Shown here one piece after another: positions 9,901 to 23,063 of a stretch of 64,000 nt of DNA. Within the stretch, counting starts at the first letter, position 1; each line of letters starts with the position of its first letter. The DNA is from Cyanophora paradoxa CCMP329 (Eukaryota; Plantae; Glaucophyta). Under the pieces are notes generated by a model. It had not been told where the DNA came from. It ran no database searches and worked only from the letters and a program-made list of their open reading frames with translations. The stretch lies in assembly GCA_004431415.1 (NCBI GenBank), contig QPMI01000022.1, forward strand, positions 62,001 through 126,000, given 5' to 3'. The translations under genes were made by a program, and so were the position numbers.

Positions 9901-12900
9901 GATTCCGGTGTAGCGGAGCTGGTTCATGATGAGCGTTGTGTCGATGTAGTGCGGAGCCTGCGGTGCAAACGCGCAAGTAAGCTAAGCACAAGCAAAGCTG
10001 AGATTAAATTAAGTTGAGCTAAGCGGACTTGATCGTGGTTGGGCTTGATGCAGCGGACGTAGTGGATCTCGGTGGAGCGCAGGCGCTCCATGAGCGAGGC
10101 GAGCTGGTCCCGGAAGTAGGCGGAGACCGTCCGCGCAGTCGGCTGCGTCGTCGCCGCCAGCAGCGAGACCGCCGAGCCTGGCTTCTTCACCTGCTCGAAA
10201 GGATGAGGGCGAGGACGAAGGGCGAACTGATAATGAGAAGAAGAAGCGGACCGGGGCGGCTGTGCCGGCGGCGAAGTTCTGCTGGCCCGCCGCGAAGAGC
10301 AGCGAGACGATGTCGCACTTGCTCGTCTGCATCGCCCGCACGAGATCTGAGATAGACAGATAGTGAGATCGGGCTTGCTTATTTTGCGCGCTCGTCTGTC
10401 TGTCCGGCCTGACCGATGTGGACCGTGTCCTTGTTCTTGTCGACGAAGCCCTCGGCCTCGTACGTGACGTCACCCGCGTAGTGCGTGACCACGAAGGACT
10501 TGTCGGCCTTAGGGGGGAGGGGGGGGGTACGTAAGTGGGGCGCGTAGAGGAGAGACATAGATGAGAGACAGAGCTTCTAATCGAAAAGCGCGGGGCGGGG
10601 CGGCGGCGCACGTCGCGGCGGGGCTTGACGTAGCACTTCTGGCGGGAGAGGTTCTCGTGCAGCTTGTGGAGGAGCGTCTCGTCGGCGCCCCGCGGGAACT
10701 GGCTCTCGTCGTCCAGCAGCGACAGGATCGAGACCTGCCGGGGATGTTGAGCGGGGCTAGGAGCCGTCAAGAATGAGCGACGAACGGACCTTCGCGCGGC
10801 TCTCGATGAGCTCGATCACGTCGGCGTTGTCCGTGAACTTCACCAGCTCCCAGTTGATCCCTGCGGGTCGGTTAGGTTCGAAGGTCAGAGCGGCGCCTTA
10901 AAGGGGCGGGGGGAGGGAGGGGAGGGGAGGGGGAGGGCGCGCCCTCGCGCTTGTACTCCTCCTGCTCGAGCTTGAAGAGGTTCTCGAGGTACTGCTGGTG
11001 CAGCTTCTCGTTCGTGTAGTTGATGCACAGCTGCTCGAATGAATTCCTCTGCGAACGAAGGAAGGTCAGACAGAGCCCCGCAGACAGGCAGGCAGACGTC
11101 GAGTCGAGTGCGGCCGTGCCGCACGCACCGTGAAGACCTCGAAGCCGTAGATGTCCAGGATTCCGATGGAATTGGCGTAACTCTTCGCCCGGATCGACTC
11201 GTTGACGCGCTGCACCAGCCACGAGAACATGCGCCCGTACAGGCCCTTCGCGAGCGCGTCGCGGTTCGCGGCCGCCTGCGCCGGCTTGAGCGGGATCCGC
11301 ATCGAGAAGACGCCGGACTTCTCCTTCTCCTTGGCGGCGACAGCGCGGGGGTCCAGCGAGGGACGCGAGCTGGGCTTCCTTGTGCCTGCGTCGCCCTGCC
11401 CGCCTGACATCGTGCGCGAGCAGAGGCCCTCCTCCAGCGTCGGAAGGTCCACCTCCAGCAGCTCGCAGACCACCTCCAGCTCTGCCGGGCGTAAGACAAG
11501 TGAAGCCGGGAGCCGATGAAGAGACCGGCGCGCGCGCGCGCACGCTTGCGGCCGTCCTCGGAGATGGCGGAGGCCTCGCCGTCCTCCCGCTCGTCGAAGG
11601 TGATGTTCCCGAGGTGCAGGATCGCCGAGACGATCCGGAACATCGCCCGCTGCTCCCGCACGTCGAACCCGATCAGCGTCATCGCCGCCTGCAGTGCGCG
11701 CGCGCGCCATCGAGTCAGCTCCCAGCTTTCAGCTTCGAGAGAGCGCGGAAGCTCGAGAGAAAGAGAGCGCGCGCGCCTTCACGTGCTGGAAGTCAGCGGC
11801 GTCGTCGACGCCCTCGATCTTGTGGGAGGAGCCGTTCTGGAGGTACGCGTAGTCGTCGACGCCGCCCAGGTGCAGCGCCGCTGCGCGGGGCCGGGTGACG
11901 GGACGGAAAAGCGAGCTCGGGTGCGGGTGGGCGCACCCTTCTCTTCCGCAGAGGCGCCGGCGCAGAGCTGGTAGAAGATGTGGTAGCTGCGTGCCCGCGG
12001 CATGAGGGAGAGGCCACGGAAAAGGAAAGGAAAGGAAAGAAAGGGGGACCTGCGCTCGTTCTCCGCCTGGGACACGACTCGGGACTTTTCCAGCAGGTCT
12101 GGCGGGCGCGCCGCGTCAGAGTGGCGGGAGGCCGGCCAAAACGACGGGAAGACTCACAGTTCTCGATGTTGGCGCCGACGATGCGGCCGGCGGCGTCGAA
12201 AAGGACTTCAAAGTACTTGCCCTGCGATTAGGCCCGATCGGCACCCACGTTCGAAGCGAGAATGAGGCGGGCGCGGCGCACGAAGCGGGAGGAGTTGTTG
12301 TTCCGGACGGTCTTCGCGTTTCCGAAGGCCTCCAGCACGGGGTTGGACTCCAGGACCTGCTGCGCGACCCGGTCGACGATGTTGCTCGAACAGATCTTCG
12401 CCAGGTACGCAAGCATGATCTTCGTCGCCTCCGTCTTGCCCGCACCGCTCTCCCCGCTGCGCGAGCGTCCGCAATCAGGCGAGGGGCGAGGGGCGGCGAG
12501 CGAGCGCCGCACCTGATAAGGACGGATTGGTTCTTGCGCTCGTTCATCATGTTGCGGAAGGTCTGGTCGGCCAGAGCGTAGATGTGCGGCTGCGTCTCGC
12601 TGATGAACTTCCCCCGGTAGTGGTCCACCATGGACTGCGTGTACAGCTTGAGGTCCGTGTACGGATTGATTGAAACGAGGATCGGCCCGATGTACGTCTG
12701 TGCGGCGGCGTGTTTGGATAGGAGAGACGCAATGCAAGGCGAAGCTCACGTATATGACATTCTTGTCGTATCGGGACTTCAGGCTGTGCCAGATCGATGC
12801 TTCGTGCAGGTGCTCAAGCTTTACGAGATCCGCGATGCCGTCGCTGCCCTCCGAGTTGGTATACAATAGGGACGAAGTGCTCAGCTTGTGTATCTGCGCA

Positions 12901-13306
12901 AGCGTGCGGTTAGCATTTGAACCGCGGCCGCTCGCTGCCGCCACAACGGCCAAGTGACCGCTCGGAGCGCCCTCGCTGGATGCTATGGAAAGCTAGCGCG
13001 CTGCACGTCTCTTTCTAAGCGCTCCCCCTGCTCCCGACGAAGCGCAGCCCTCCCGCTGCACGACGGCAGAGGTTTGATCCGCGGAGGCTACCGCACCCTG
13101 CCGTCGGGCGTCTTGACTTGCGCGGTCTGTCCATCTACGCTGGTGACATCGCCAACGAGCCATTCCGCACCAGCCTGCACCCAGACAGTCGCCGCCTTGC
13201 CCTGGTCACCGCCGTCAGCGAAGCGCGCGGCTCGGCTGGGCGGTTCGAACGCCGAGGGAGGCATCTTCAAAAGCAGACGCACGGTAGAGGGCCCGGCGCC
13301 CTCCAT
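3909..13306 (-). CDS. Myosin heavy chain: SH3-like N-terminus, motor domain, IQ motifs, very long coiled-coil tail; many introns
   Basis: P-loop GESGAGKT (~12440), [76 protein letters not shown] and IQ-like [16 protein letters not shown]-rich heptad exons continue to ...EVAFNAIG* at 3909. Confidence 0.95.
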
Positions 13307-13626
13307 CGCGCTCCGCTATACGTGGCCACACAAAACCCCGCCACACCGGCTCAGGGGGGGTAGGGGGGCAAGCTGGACTTCACCGCAACGTTCGAGCGTT
13401 TAATTTCGAAGTTAAATTCCTCTGCTGGCCGTTTCATAAAATCACGGGAAAAGAAACGCTAGCTCGCAACTGCATGCTAGCTAGGCCTACAAGTAAATGC
13501 ATCGCCGCGGCCGGCGATGCTATCAAACTGTGAACTGTATCAATGGATGATGAGGCAGGCCCAGCCCGAATCGCAGTGGAAGCGCGCGCGCGCGGGGAGC
13601 CCGGCCGCGGGCCGGGGGCCCTAGGC

Positions 13627-14030
13627 CTACACCCACTGCCAGAAATTGTGCCGGTCGAGCCAGCAGTCCTGTGACGGGCCGGGGGTGATCATGATCACGA
13701 GTGAGGGGCGACCGAGCAGGCCGGGCCGCAGGCAGCGCCGCGCGAGGCCTAGGGCGAGGGCGAGGGCGGGGGCGGACCTGTGGGACGTCCCAGGAGCCGC
13801 CGGCCTCGACCGTGTCCTTCGGCCAGGAGCGCATGCCGGTGCACCGGAAGTGCCTGCGCGCGGGGCGCTCGTTCAGCGCGCGGGGCGCTCGTTCTCGATG
13901 GGAGGGGGCCGGGGGGGGGCACTTAGAGACGTCAGCGGCGAGCTCGAGGGGTACGGTGCGGAAATCGAATACGGCGGACGGGTCTGGGAGGAAGCTGCGG
14001 GGTACCTTGTTAGCGCGGAAAACGCCGCGG

Positions 14031-14066
<36 letters not shown>

Positions 14067-16445
14067 GGGAGGACGGGCGGACATGGCGGGGTACGACGCC
14101 AGAGGGGCCAGGTCAGACACGAAGGATTCGAAGGGGCGCGAGGGGTACAGGCTGCGAGCGTGTTTGTACGTATCAGAGCACGGGAGGCGGTCGCGGGAGG
14201 GGGTACACGGCGGTGCGAACGGGACGAGGGAGGGTACGTGGGCGATGGGGAGGAGGTAGCGGGCGCGGAGGGCGGGGTCCTCGTACAGGACGGGGGTACG
14301 GAATTCGACGGACATCGCAAGAGCCCCTGCGCGCGCGTGGCTCGGGGACGAAGAAAGAAAGTGCGAACGAAGCGAAGAAAGGGGGTACCGGGGTTGAGCC
14401 AGTAGTCGGCCTCGCACCAGGGGAGCTCCCGTATTCGAAAGAGGTCCCACCTGCAAGAACGCTTTTCCCCTTCATCACTGAACCGAACCGAGGGGGGTAC
14501 GCCGCGCACGCCGGGTGGCCGCGGCAGGTGAGCTTGGGGGCCACGACGGTTCGGTTGGTCGCCTTGGCCGCGATCGCGGCGAGGCGGAACGCCTGCGGGC
14601 CCGACCAGTGAGCCAGAACTGGAACTCGGAGGATTCGAACCGGGCGCACGTGGAGCTGTTCGGCGATGGGGCGGCCCTCCCCGGCATCGAAGAGGAGGTA
14701 CCGCCGCCCCTCCCCTACCCGCAAGTCAGGAAGTGGGTGGGGGGAGACGAGCGGGTGGGGGGTACGCGCACCGTAGTAGGTCTCGGGTGAGGGGAGCCAG
14801 AGGTTCGCGCGGAAGAACATCTGGAGCTGCCAGTGACAGAGGTACAGGTCAGCTCGTTGGGCGGCGGCTCTGGACTATATTGGACCCGCATGGGCGGCAA
14901 GAGGCGGAGCGGGCGGGCGACGCGGCCCGCGGGGCGGTGTGGAGAGGGGCGGGGCTCTGAGATCGGGGCTCCAAACAAGGCGGGGCGGGGGCGGGGCGGA
15001 GAGCGGCAGGGGCGGGACGGTGCGAGGCGGTGCGGGCCGGTCGGCGTGGAGAGGGGCGGGGCGGGTCGGGGCGGACCTTCCAGTCCTGGTTAATAAAGTT
15101 GTTGTGAACCTGAGAGGAATCATTTCAGAGCCGATCGAGCCAACGTGGCCGGGAGAGGGCGGAAAGGGGCGCACGAGGACGCGGGGCGTGTCCTCCGGCG
15201 CGTGGTGCGGGAGCCAGAAGTAGAGCCCGCCTGAGAAACGATGAGAGGAAACACACTTCGAATCGGACCTAAGGCCACTTCGAATTGGACCTAAATTGGA
15301 GCCAGAAGTAGAGGCCGCCTAAGAGACATTAAGAGGAAAACCGTTGGCCTTCGTTCGCACCGTTCGCGAACTCGTGGGCGTCCAGGGCGCAGACGGTGAC
15401 GCCCAGGCCCAGGAGCTCGCGCTTCAGGATCGCGTTGACGGCCTCCTGGTCCCACACCGAGGCGTTCCACTGCGCGAGGATCGAGCCGAGCATCGAGGCG
15501 GCCGCCGCCGTCGGCCGCAGCAGGAACGTCCCAATGTTGAGGTCCCTGTGACTCGATGGGTGAGGCTCGCGCGAATCAAATCCGCTTGCTCTCGCGCACT
15601 CTTTCTGCACGTCGTCCCACTTGTAGCTGTCGCTGAGCATCGCGAAGTCGCAGCGGGGCGGGATGAAAGGGAACGGGTCCTCGAACACGAAGCAGTCGGG
15701 CTCTGCGGTCGAAACTCGCTCAGGGCGGAATCAAATTTGAAGGATCGAGACGCGTCGGACTGCGCACCGATGAGGAGGAGCTCGTAGCCCAGCACGAGGG
15801 CGTTCAGGAGCCAGAGGAACTTGCCGCGGCACTTTCCGTCCCTCCGCGCCTCGAGCGGCAGCAGGACGTGCGGCACGTTCAGAACCTTCATGAACTGCGA
15901 GCGAGGTTCTATAAGACTGGGAGGGACCGCGGGGCGGCGCCGCGGGGCGGACCCCGGCGGTGGTGGCGTCGAGCGCGAAGACGAACGCGCGCCCGCCGAG
16001 GCCCGCGCGCTCCAGAGAGAAGAGCATATTGATCAGCATCGACGAGAAGAGGTCGGATGCGTACGTGACGACCACGCGGCCGTCGGGAAACGCGGCCTTG
16101 TCGAGGCCCGCGGCCATCGTCTCCAGCATCGCCTCGTCGAAGAGGTAGGGCCGGTACGCCTCATCGAGCGTGCGCTGAGATGCGTCAGCACCTCCGACCC
16201 ATTGGGAGAACGGCGAGCGGCGGCACCTGCAGCTCCAGGCCGCGCCGGATGCGATCAGGGTTGGTCCCTGCGCTCGAGGCCCGCCGCGGTCCCGCGGCGG
16301 CATCCCCCGTTGTGCGCACGCTCTCCCGAAGCCCTTGCGATCCATACGCGAGCGCTGCGCACGCCAGGAGCAGCACGAAGGCCGTCCATAGCGGAGGCGG
16401 CCGCGCCGAGGCTGGCCTTCGCGCCGGGTTCGTCGCGCTCCTCAT
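13627..16445 (-). CDS. Type II membrane glycosyltransferase, nucleotide-diphospho-sugar transferase (GT77/XEG113-like) family
   Basis: N-terminal TM segment LWTAFVLLLACAALAY, then VVVTYASD...LINMLFSLERAG...FVFALD, KFLWLLNALVLGYELLLI, DCFVFEDPF, LNIGTFLLRPT and WDQEAVNAIL. C-terminal AAIAAKATNRTVVAPKLTC; the last exon reads DCWLDRHNFWQWV*. Confidence 0.8.
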
Positions 16446-16639
16446 CGCATCTTCGCAAGCGCTCTCCTGCGCCCTGCTGGCCTCTGCATCGAACGACAAG
16501 TTTGGCGAGCCGCCCGAATTCGACGGTATCCCCCGCTGGCAGTTTGGAGTTTGCAAATCAAATTCGCGGGCGGCCTGGGCCGTGCGACCGCGCTCTTTAG
16601 GTGCAGTTCATCTGTACCGGTAGCAAACCGGGCGGCGCG

Positions 16640-19332
16640 ATGGGCGATTTCCAGTTCTCGACGTTCGAGAGGCAGCTGGCCGACGCACTCAACCGCCTGC
16701 GAGCTGAGGTGCGGCGCTTTGCGGCGCTCAACGTGCACTCCGTTCGCAACGATGGCTCACGCGCCCCGCAGCCTCGCGACTTCATCCCCGCTGTGAGAGA
16801 GTTGAGGTCAGCGGGCGCCCAGCCTGCCCCCGGTCAAGCTAGGCGCGCGTTCCGGCTCACGCCTGACAGGAAATGGATGGAGCGCGACGGCACGCTGCGG
16901 CTCCCTGACCGGATCCCGCTCGGTGAACCTGAGTCAAGACCGCCCGCCACGCTGGCTGGCGCAACCGCGGCGCTGAAACATCACGACCCGCAGCGACGAA
17001 GGAGGGCGACTTGGCGCTGATCGACGCCATCGACGCGCTCTCGCGCGCTAAGCCCGTCGGCCCCGTCCGGCTCTCGGTCGGCATGACCAAGGGTCCGCAC
17101 ATGCGCACGCACCCGGCCCGCCCGCGCCGCTTCCTCACCCTCCCTCAGCGGCGAGGGACCACTGCGCGGACCTGGGCCCCAAGGGCCAGCTGAGCCACGA
17201 CGGCTCGGACAAGTCGACGCCCTTCCTCCGCCTGCAGCGGTACGGCAAGTGGCGCGTCGCTGCCGCCGAGAACCTCGCCTTCGGGTGGGCGCCCCCTCCT
17301 CTTAGTGAAGAAGAACAAATTTAGTAAAGACTCCTAAAGCTGCTCGACAAATAACAATGCATAAAAGTGTATTAGTCGATAATAGAATGGAGTAGTGAGC
17401 GGGCCGGAGCCCTCCCTCCCTCCCTCCCTGCGCCCCGCGCGCCCCTTGAATGCTGAGGGCGCGCGCGCGGCGCGCCCCCGCAGGGAGAACAAGGCGGAGG
17501 GTGCCCGGCCCGCCCAGCCCCCCGATCCAGTACCCCCCCGCGCGCCTTGATTCTGACTCTGCCCCCCCCCCCCCGCGATCTCAGCCGTCCTCCTCCAGAT
17601 GATCATCGAGTGCGCAAGGGGCAGAGGGGGGGCTAGGGGCTGACCCTGCCGCTCCGAGCCCGAGCCCGAGTCCGTCTGACGGGGCGGCGGCGGCGGCGGC
17701 AGCGACGGGGCGAAGGAGCGGGGGCACAGGAAGAACCTCCTCAACGGCGAGTTCAACGCCATCGGCGTCGCCATCGCCAAGCACTCCCTCTTCGAGTGCG
17801 TAGTACCCCCCTTCTCCCCCCCCCGGCCCCCCCTCCCATCCACCCGACCCGGACGTGATGATGATGTCTTACCGACCGCCCTTTTCGGCAGTTACATGGT
17901 GAGCCGGGCGCCCGCCTGCCTCTGATGACCCGGCCCCCTCTGGGTTGAGTCGCGTCGATCCGGCGCCGTACCCAGGTCGTGCTCGACCTCGCGGGGGAGT
18001 ACGAGGAATCCGCCGCCCCCTCGGACCACGTCGCCGCCGTACCCCTCGACACCGCGCCCCCCGCCTCCCTCGCCTCCCGGCCCGGCGGCCCGCGCTCCGG
18101 AGGCGTCCCCGCCGCCGGGCTCCCGTCCGGCCCCGCCCCGCCCCCGCCGAAGCAGGCGTGGGGCTCGGCGCCGCCGCCGCCGGCGCCGGCGCCGCCCACG
18201 GCGCTCCTGTCGAACGCCCTGGCCCGCCTCGGAGTCCAGGAGACCGTTCCTCCTCCCAAGAAGGAGGAACGTTCCTCCGCCTCGGCGCCCTCGGCCGCCC
18301 CCGCCGCGCGCCCCGCCGCCGATGCCGACGCCGACTCGCACTCGGACCTCCTCGCGAATCTCGCGCGCCTCCGCAACAAGAACTACGACGAGGACGAGGA
18401 CGACGGCCGCGGCGGCGCGGCGGCAGCTGCTGCTGTTCCGGCGCCCGGGCCCTCCGCCGCGGCGAGGGCGGCCCCGCCGCCCGCCTCCCGCGCGCCCCCG
18501 GCCCCGGCCTCCGCCTCGGCCCCCGCCCCGGCGTCGTCTTCGCCGCCGCCCAGCATCCCGTCGGGCGACCTGCCTCCGCCGCCCCCGCCGGCCGCGCGCT
18601 TCGACGCCCGCACGGGCGAACCCCTCTGCGCCGGCTGCGGCAACGCCCTCGGCCACACCGTCATCAAGGTAGACCGTACCCCCCTCGCCTCCTTCTATTA
18701 TTAGCGCCGTGACCGAGCGAACCAGGCCCTGGACGCCTCCTGGCACAAGGACGTGCGCCTGCTGTACCCCCGCTCATCTTCTCCCCTTTCTTTTTAACCG
18801 TACCCCCTCGCCCCAGTGCTTCTGCTGCGCTTCGTGCCGCACCGGACTCGCGGGGGGTAGCGTCTCCCAGTTCTACTCCCAGGAGGGCCGCCCGTGCGCC
18901 CCCACCCCACACTCCGCCCCCCCCCCCTCCCCGGGTCGTTCATTCCGGTACCCCCCCAGGTACTGCAAGCCGTGCTACGAGGACAAGTTCAGCCCCAAGT
19001 GCAAGGGCTGCGCCAAGCCCATCTCCGGGACCTACGCCACCGCCCTGGGGTACGCGCACGCGCTCAGCGGCTCCTCCCTCCGTCCGTTCTTCTTCTTCTG
19101 ATCGGCGCCCCGCCCCGCCCTCCCCGGCAGCGGCTCCTGGCACCCGGACTGCATGCGCTGCTCCCGCTGCCGCGTGCGCGCCTCCCCTCCGCATCTGTTT
19201 AGAAGGACGACCGCTTATCGCCTCCCATCCTACGCTTTGTCTCATGATCATGATCAGGGAGCGATCCACGGGAGCTCGTTCTACAAGGACGACGCCGGCG
19301 GCTTCCTCTGCACCAAGTGCGGCAACGCGTAG
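16640..19332 (+). CDS. CAP (SCP/PR-1) domain + Pro/Ala-rich linker + two LIM domains
   Basis: CAP signature AARDHCADLGPKGQLSHDGSD...YGKWRVAAAENLAFG...RGHRKNLLNGEFNAIGVAIAKH. LIM1 CAGCGNAL...WHKD.CFCCASC...YCKPC; LIM2 CKGCAKPISG...WHPDCMRCSRC...LCTKCGNA*. Confidence 0.88.
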
Positions 19333-20084
19333 GCGCGGTCCGGTCCGGCAGCGGGTCGGGGCGGGGCGCGGGGGCTTCCCCTGCGCCAGCCAGCCTCGCG
19401 CATGTGCTCGCCCCTCCGAGGCTAGCTTGAGTCTTGTAGTAGCCAAGTAGGGGTCCTGTGCACGTACGTGCCAGCTGCCACAGTGTCCTGGCAGCGCCGC
19501 AGCTGGGCTCGCCCTATAGCTAGCTTCCTCTTTCTTTTTGAATTCGAATCTAAATAAGCTGTTGCCCGACTTCGTGCCCACGTCTGCTTGATTTGGGCTC
19601 CGGGTCTCCGAGACGAGGGCCTGCTTAAATTCCACTTGTCTCTGAGTCTTGAAACTTGAAAGTCCGACGGTCGACGTCTTGAAACTAGAAATCAAATCAT
19701 GATCCGATGATGATCATGATCATGAATCATCATGGCATTGCCAAGTTGAATGTCACAGTGACTGAGTGTCTCGGAGCCTCGGAGTCCGGCAGTGGGGCGG
19801 AGCAGGGGGGGTGGCTTCCTCTAGCTCTTCGCCATGGCCCAGTGGCCAGCCTCGCACCTGCCCCTCCGAGGCTCGACTCTTCGGAGTCTCCCGGGAGTCC
19901 GAGACGAGCTGGAGGGCCTAGCCCGGTTTAAATTCCACATATCTTGAAAATAGAACTCAAATCACGAATGGCTGCCCTACAATCGATCCTGCAAAGCTGC
20001 GTAAATAGCCTGGTAGGTCTAGAGCTAGCTATAGGCCAGGGCGCGGGTCCGGATCCCACGATCTCATGATCACGGGGGCGGCGG

Positions 20085-22808
20085 CTACGCAGCGGCGACG
20101 AAGGGCGCGGGGCGCGTATACGTACCCCCCCGCTCGCTCGAGCTCCCCGGGGGCCGGCCGCGGCTCCGCCCCCCGTACCGCGCCTCGATCCGCTCGAGCA
20201 CGGCGGCCATGGGCACCGGCGCCGGCGCCCGCCGCGGCGGCGCGTCCGCGCCGAAGAACGCGGTGGGCTCGGCCCTGCGACTCGAGGCCGGCTCCTTGGG
20301 CAGGACTGCGGATTCCCAGGGCAGGCTGCCCCGCTCCGGCCCCGGGGCCCCCCGGTCCGAGTCCAGGACGACAAGCATACCCCCCGGCGCCATCGGGGAC
20401 GGGGGTACGGCCTCCAGCTCCAGCTCCCTCCGCCGGCGCCGCCTGGGCTCCCGCGGCGGGCTGGGCTCGAAGGCCGCCGGCGAGCCCGCCGGGGCGGTCC
20501 GGCGGGTGGAAGGCGGCTGGGAGAACCGCCGCGGGCCGCGGGCCGTTGGGCCGGCGCTCAGGACCTCGGCGGGGGGGCGGGGGCGCCGGAGGGGGGTGGC
20601 GTAGTCCTCGGGGATGGTGGAGGGGGCGGGGGCGGGGCGGGCGCCGGGGACGAGGGGAAGGGCGAGTGGCGGCACGCGCGGCGCCGGCTTCGCGTTCGAC
20701 GAGATCGGGAGCTCTGCGCGTGCGCGCGCCCCGCCCCTCAGACGGACGAGGAAACAGTCAGATGGATCAGATCAGATTAGATCTGAGCACCGGCGAGGGC
20801 GGGGAAGCGTTCGGGGTCAAGCGCCGCGATGCTCGCCGCTTCCGCGTACCTGGGTGGGGGGGGGGGGAAAGAATCAGGGGGTACGCGATAAAGGACAAGA
20901 AAGGAAAGGGGTACCGGCCGCGGGCGATGGCGGCCACGACCGCTCGGGAGAGGGCGCGGTCCGCGGAGGCGTCGGGCGGGTCTGCGCCCGAGTGAGTCGA
21001 ACGTGGCGGGGTACGGGATCAGTAGGGGGGTACAGACATTTCTGAAGGCGCGCGGAGAGCTTGAAGTCGGAGTCTCGGGGGGATTCGACGGCTACATAGA
21101 GCCAGCCGGGGCCGAAGCGGCGGTCCACGGCTGGAGGCGGCCGGAGCGGCGGTCAGGGGTACGGCGCATTCGAGGAGGGGTACGGGGGTACGGGGCGCAC
21201 GGTCCAGGGAGAGCTGTACCCCCCCTCCGCGGACGTGGTCGCCGCCCTCGCGCCCCCAGTCGTGCTTGCCCGAGAGCGAGGGGAAGCGGTGGTCGCGGCT
21301 CGCGCAGAGGCCGGGCGCCGGCCCGCGCGGCTGCTGGTGCTGCTGCTGCTGGTGCTGGTGCTTCCCGCCGCCCAGCGAGGCCGGCTCCACGCTCAGCACC
21401 AGCGACTGCTTCGCGTCCGCCACCTGCGAACAAAGTTCGGAGGGGAGGGGGGTACAGGTGCGGACGGGCGGGGTACGCGCCTCGAGGCGGTAGTAGGCGG
21501 GGGCACCGGGGCCGCAGCGGCCCGAGACCTCCCTGGGCGGGAGTGGGCTCAGGTGAGCCGCGAGGGCGGCTCAGGCGACGTCGTACCCCGGAACGGGCAG
21601 GACGCTGGTGCAGGCGGCGACGGCGGTTATCGCGTACTCCGACGGCCCGTGCCCGAACACCGCTGCGTCGCCGAAAGTTGGGAAGGCGGGATTAAGAAGT
21701 GACGTCACGCGACGGGAGGGGGGTACCGATGTAGAAAGGGTGGGCGGCGCGGAACTCGGGGCTCTCGTCCGTCACTTCGATGCGGTCGTCCCCCTCCCGG
21801 ACCGACCTGGGGGGTACCCGGATCTCCGCCGCGCGTCCGGCGTTGCGCGTCGGCGGGTCCGGGAGGGGGTACCTGAATTGGTGGTGCTCCCTGTTGGGGC
21901 AGTCGGTTTGGAAGGAAGCAAACTGCCGAGCGACAGAGAAATCGGTACGGGGTACGGGGGTCGACAGGACGGGGAGGGGGGGCGGGGGTAGGGGTACCAG
22001 GTCGGGGTCACCCGCGAGGGCTCTGCAGCGGACGACGACGCGGGCGGCCCCTGGGGGCACCTCGAAGCGGTAGTAGCGGTACCCCCTGTCCGAGACGCTG
22101 CCAACGGCGGCCTGACCGGGCCTGAGCGTCTCCTGCTCTGTGAACTGCCAGAGGTCCGCGGCCCGCATCAACTCGCGGATCTGCTTCGAGCCGCGCCTGT
22201 CAGACCCGAGGAAAGCGGCGCCGGGAAGGGGGTACGCGCGCCTCGTTGAAGCCGTTTTCGAACGCCTTGAGGCGCTCGTCGACCGGGGAGAGGGGCTTCT
22301 CGCGGTACTTGCCCCGCAGCAGGCGGCCCAGGCGCGCCCGGGCGGAGCGGGGCGTCGCGAGGGCGGCCAGCGGGTCCCGCATCGGCGAGGGCGAGGCGAG
22401 GGCCGTCGTGACGGCCGTCGAGCGGGCCGAGAAGGGCGTGGAGGGAGTGGCGGCGGAGGTGGAGGACGCCGAGAGCAGCTTCTTCGAGCCCTTCGAGTTC
22501 TGGTCCGACCCGCCCGTCGCTGCCGCGGGCTCGAGAGCCGGCGCAAAGTCGACCATCACCTGAAGTCCCTTCTTCCGCTTCGCTCCCGAGGGCGCTGGGG
22601 CCAGCGCCTCGTCGGGGGCGGGCGCAGGGGCCGCTGGGGCGTCGCGGGGCGGCCGCCGGGGCGTCGCAGGGGCCTCCTGCGTGAGCTGCGGGGCTCGCGC
22701 ATCGCTGCTGGCTGCGTGGAGATCCACCAGGAGGCTTAGCTGCTCTAGCCTGCTGTCCACTGCCCGAAGTCGCCGCCGCGGCGTCGCCTTCGCCTCTCCG
22801 CCTTCCAT
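20085..22808 (-). CDS. Uncharacterised protein with PPC-like (pre-peptidase C-terminal) beta-sandwich repeats and disordered ends
   Basis: GSVSDRGYRYYRFEVPPGAARVVVRCRALAGDPDL-FASF...P...HPFYI and a second unit ending GWLYVAVESPRDSDFKLSAR. Canonical introns lie between these exons. Confidence 0.6.
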
Positions 22809-23063
22809 TGGCGCTCGGAGAGCGCTCAGAGGGCGGTCATCGCCCGCGCGGCATCTTTAGCACCCCAACGGAGAGGGGCGCAGATGCTACGTCGTGGAAA
22901 GCGCCGACGCGCAAGACGGTGTGGCCGAGAATCCCGGCGGCGATCGTCGCTGGCCTCTCTATCTAAGAGCACAGCTGTGGGCCTTACGACGTGTACCCCT
23001 AGGGGCAAAAAAACTTCTGCCTTCAAACACAGCGGCCTTCGAAGGGCCTTTCAGCCAGCTGCG

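Noticed and set aside
14031-14066. Long poly-G/C tracts (also ~27762, ~30686, ~31999, ~43660) as functional G-quadruplex elements
   Set aside because: Homopolymer lengths are unreliable in assemblies and there is no positional evidence of function.
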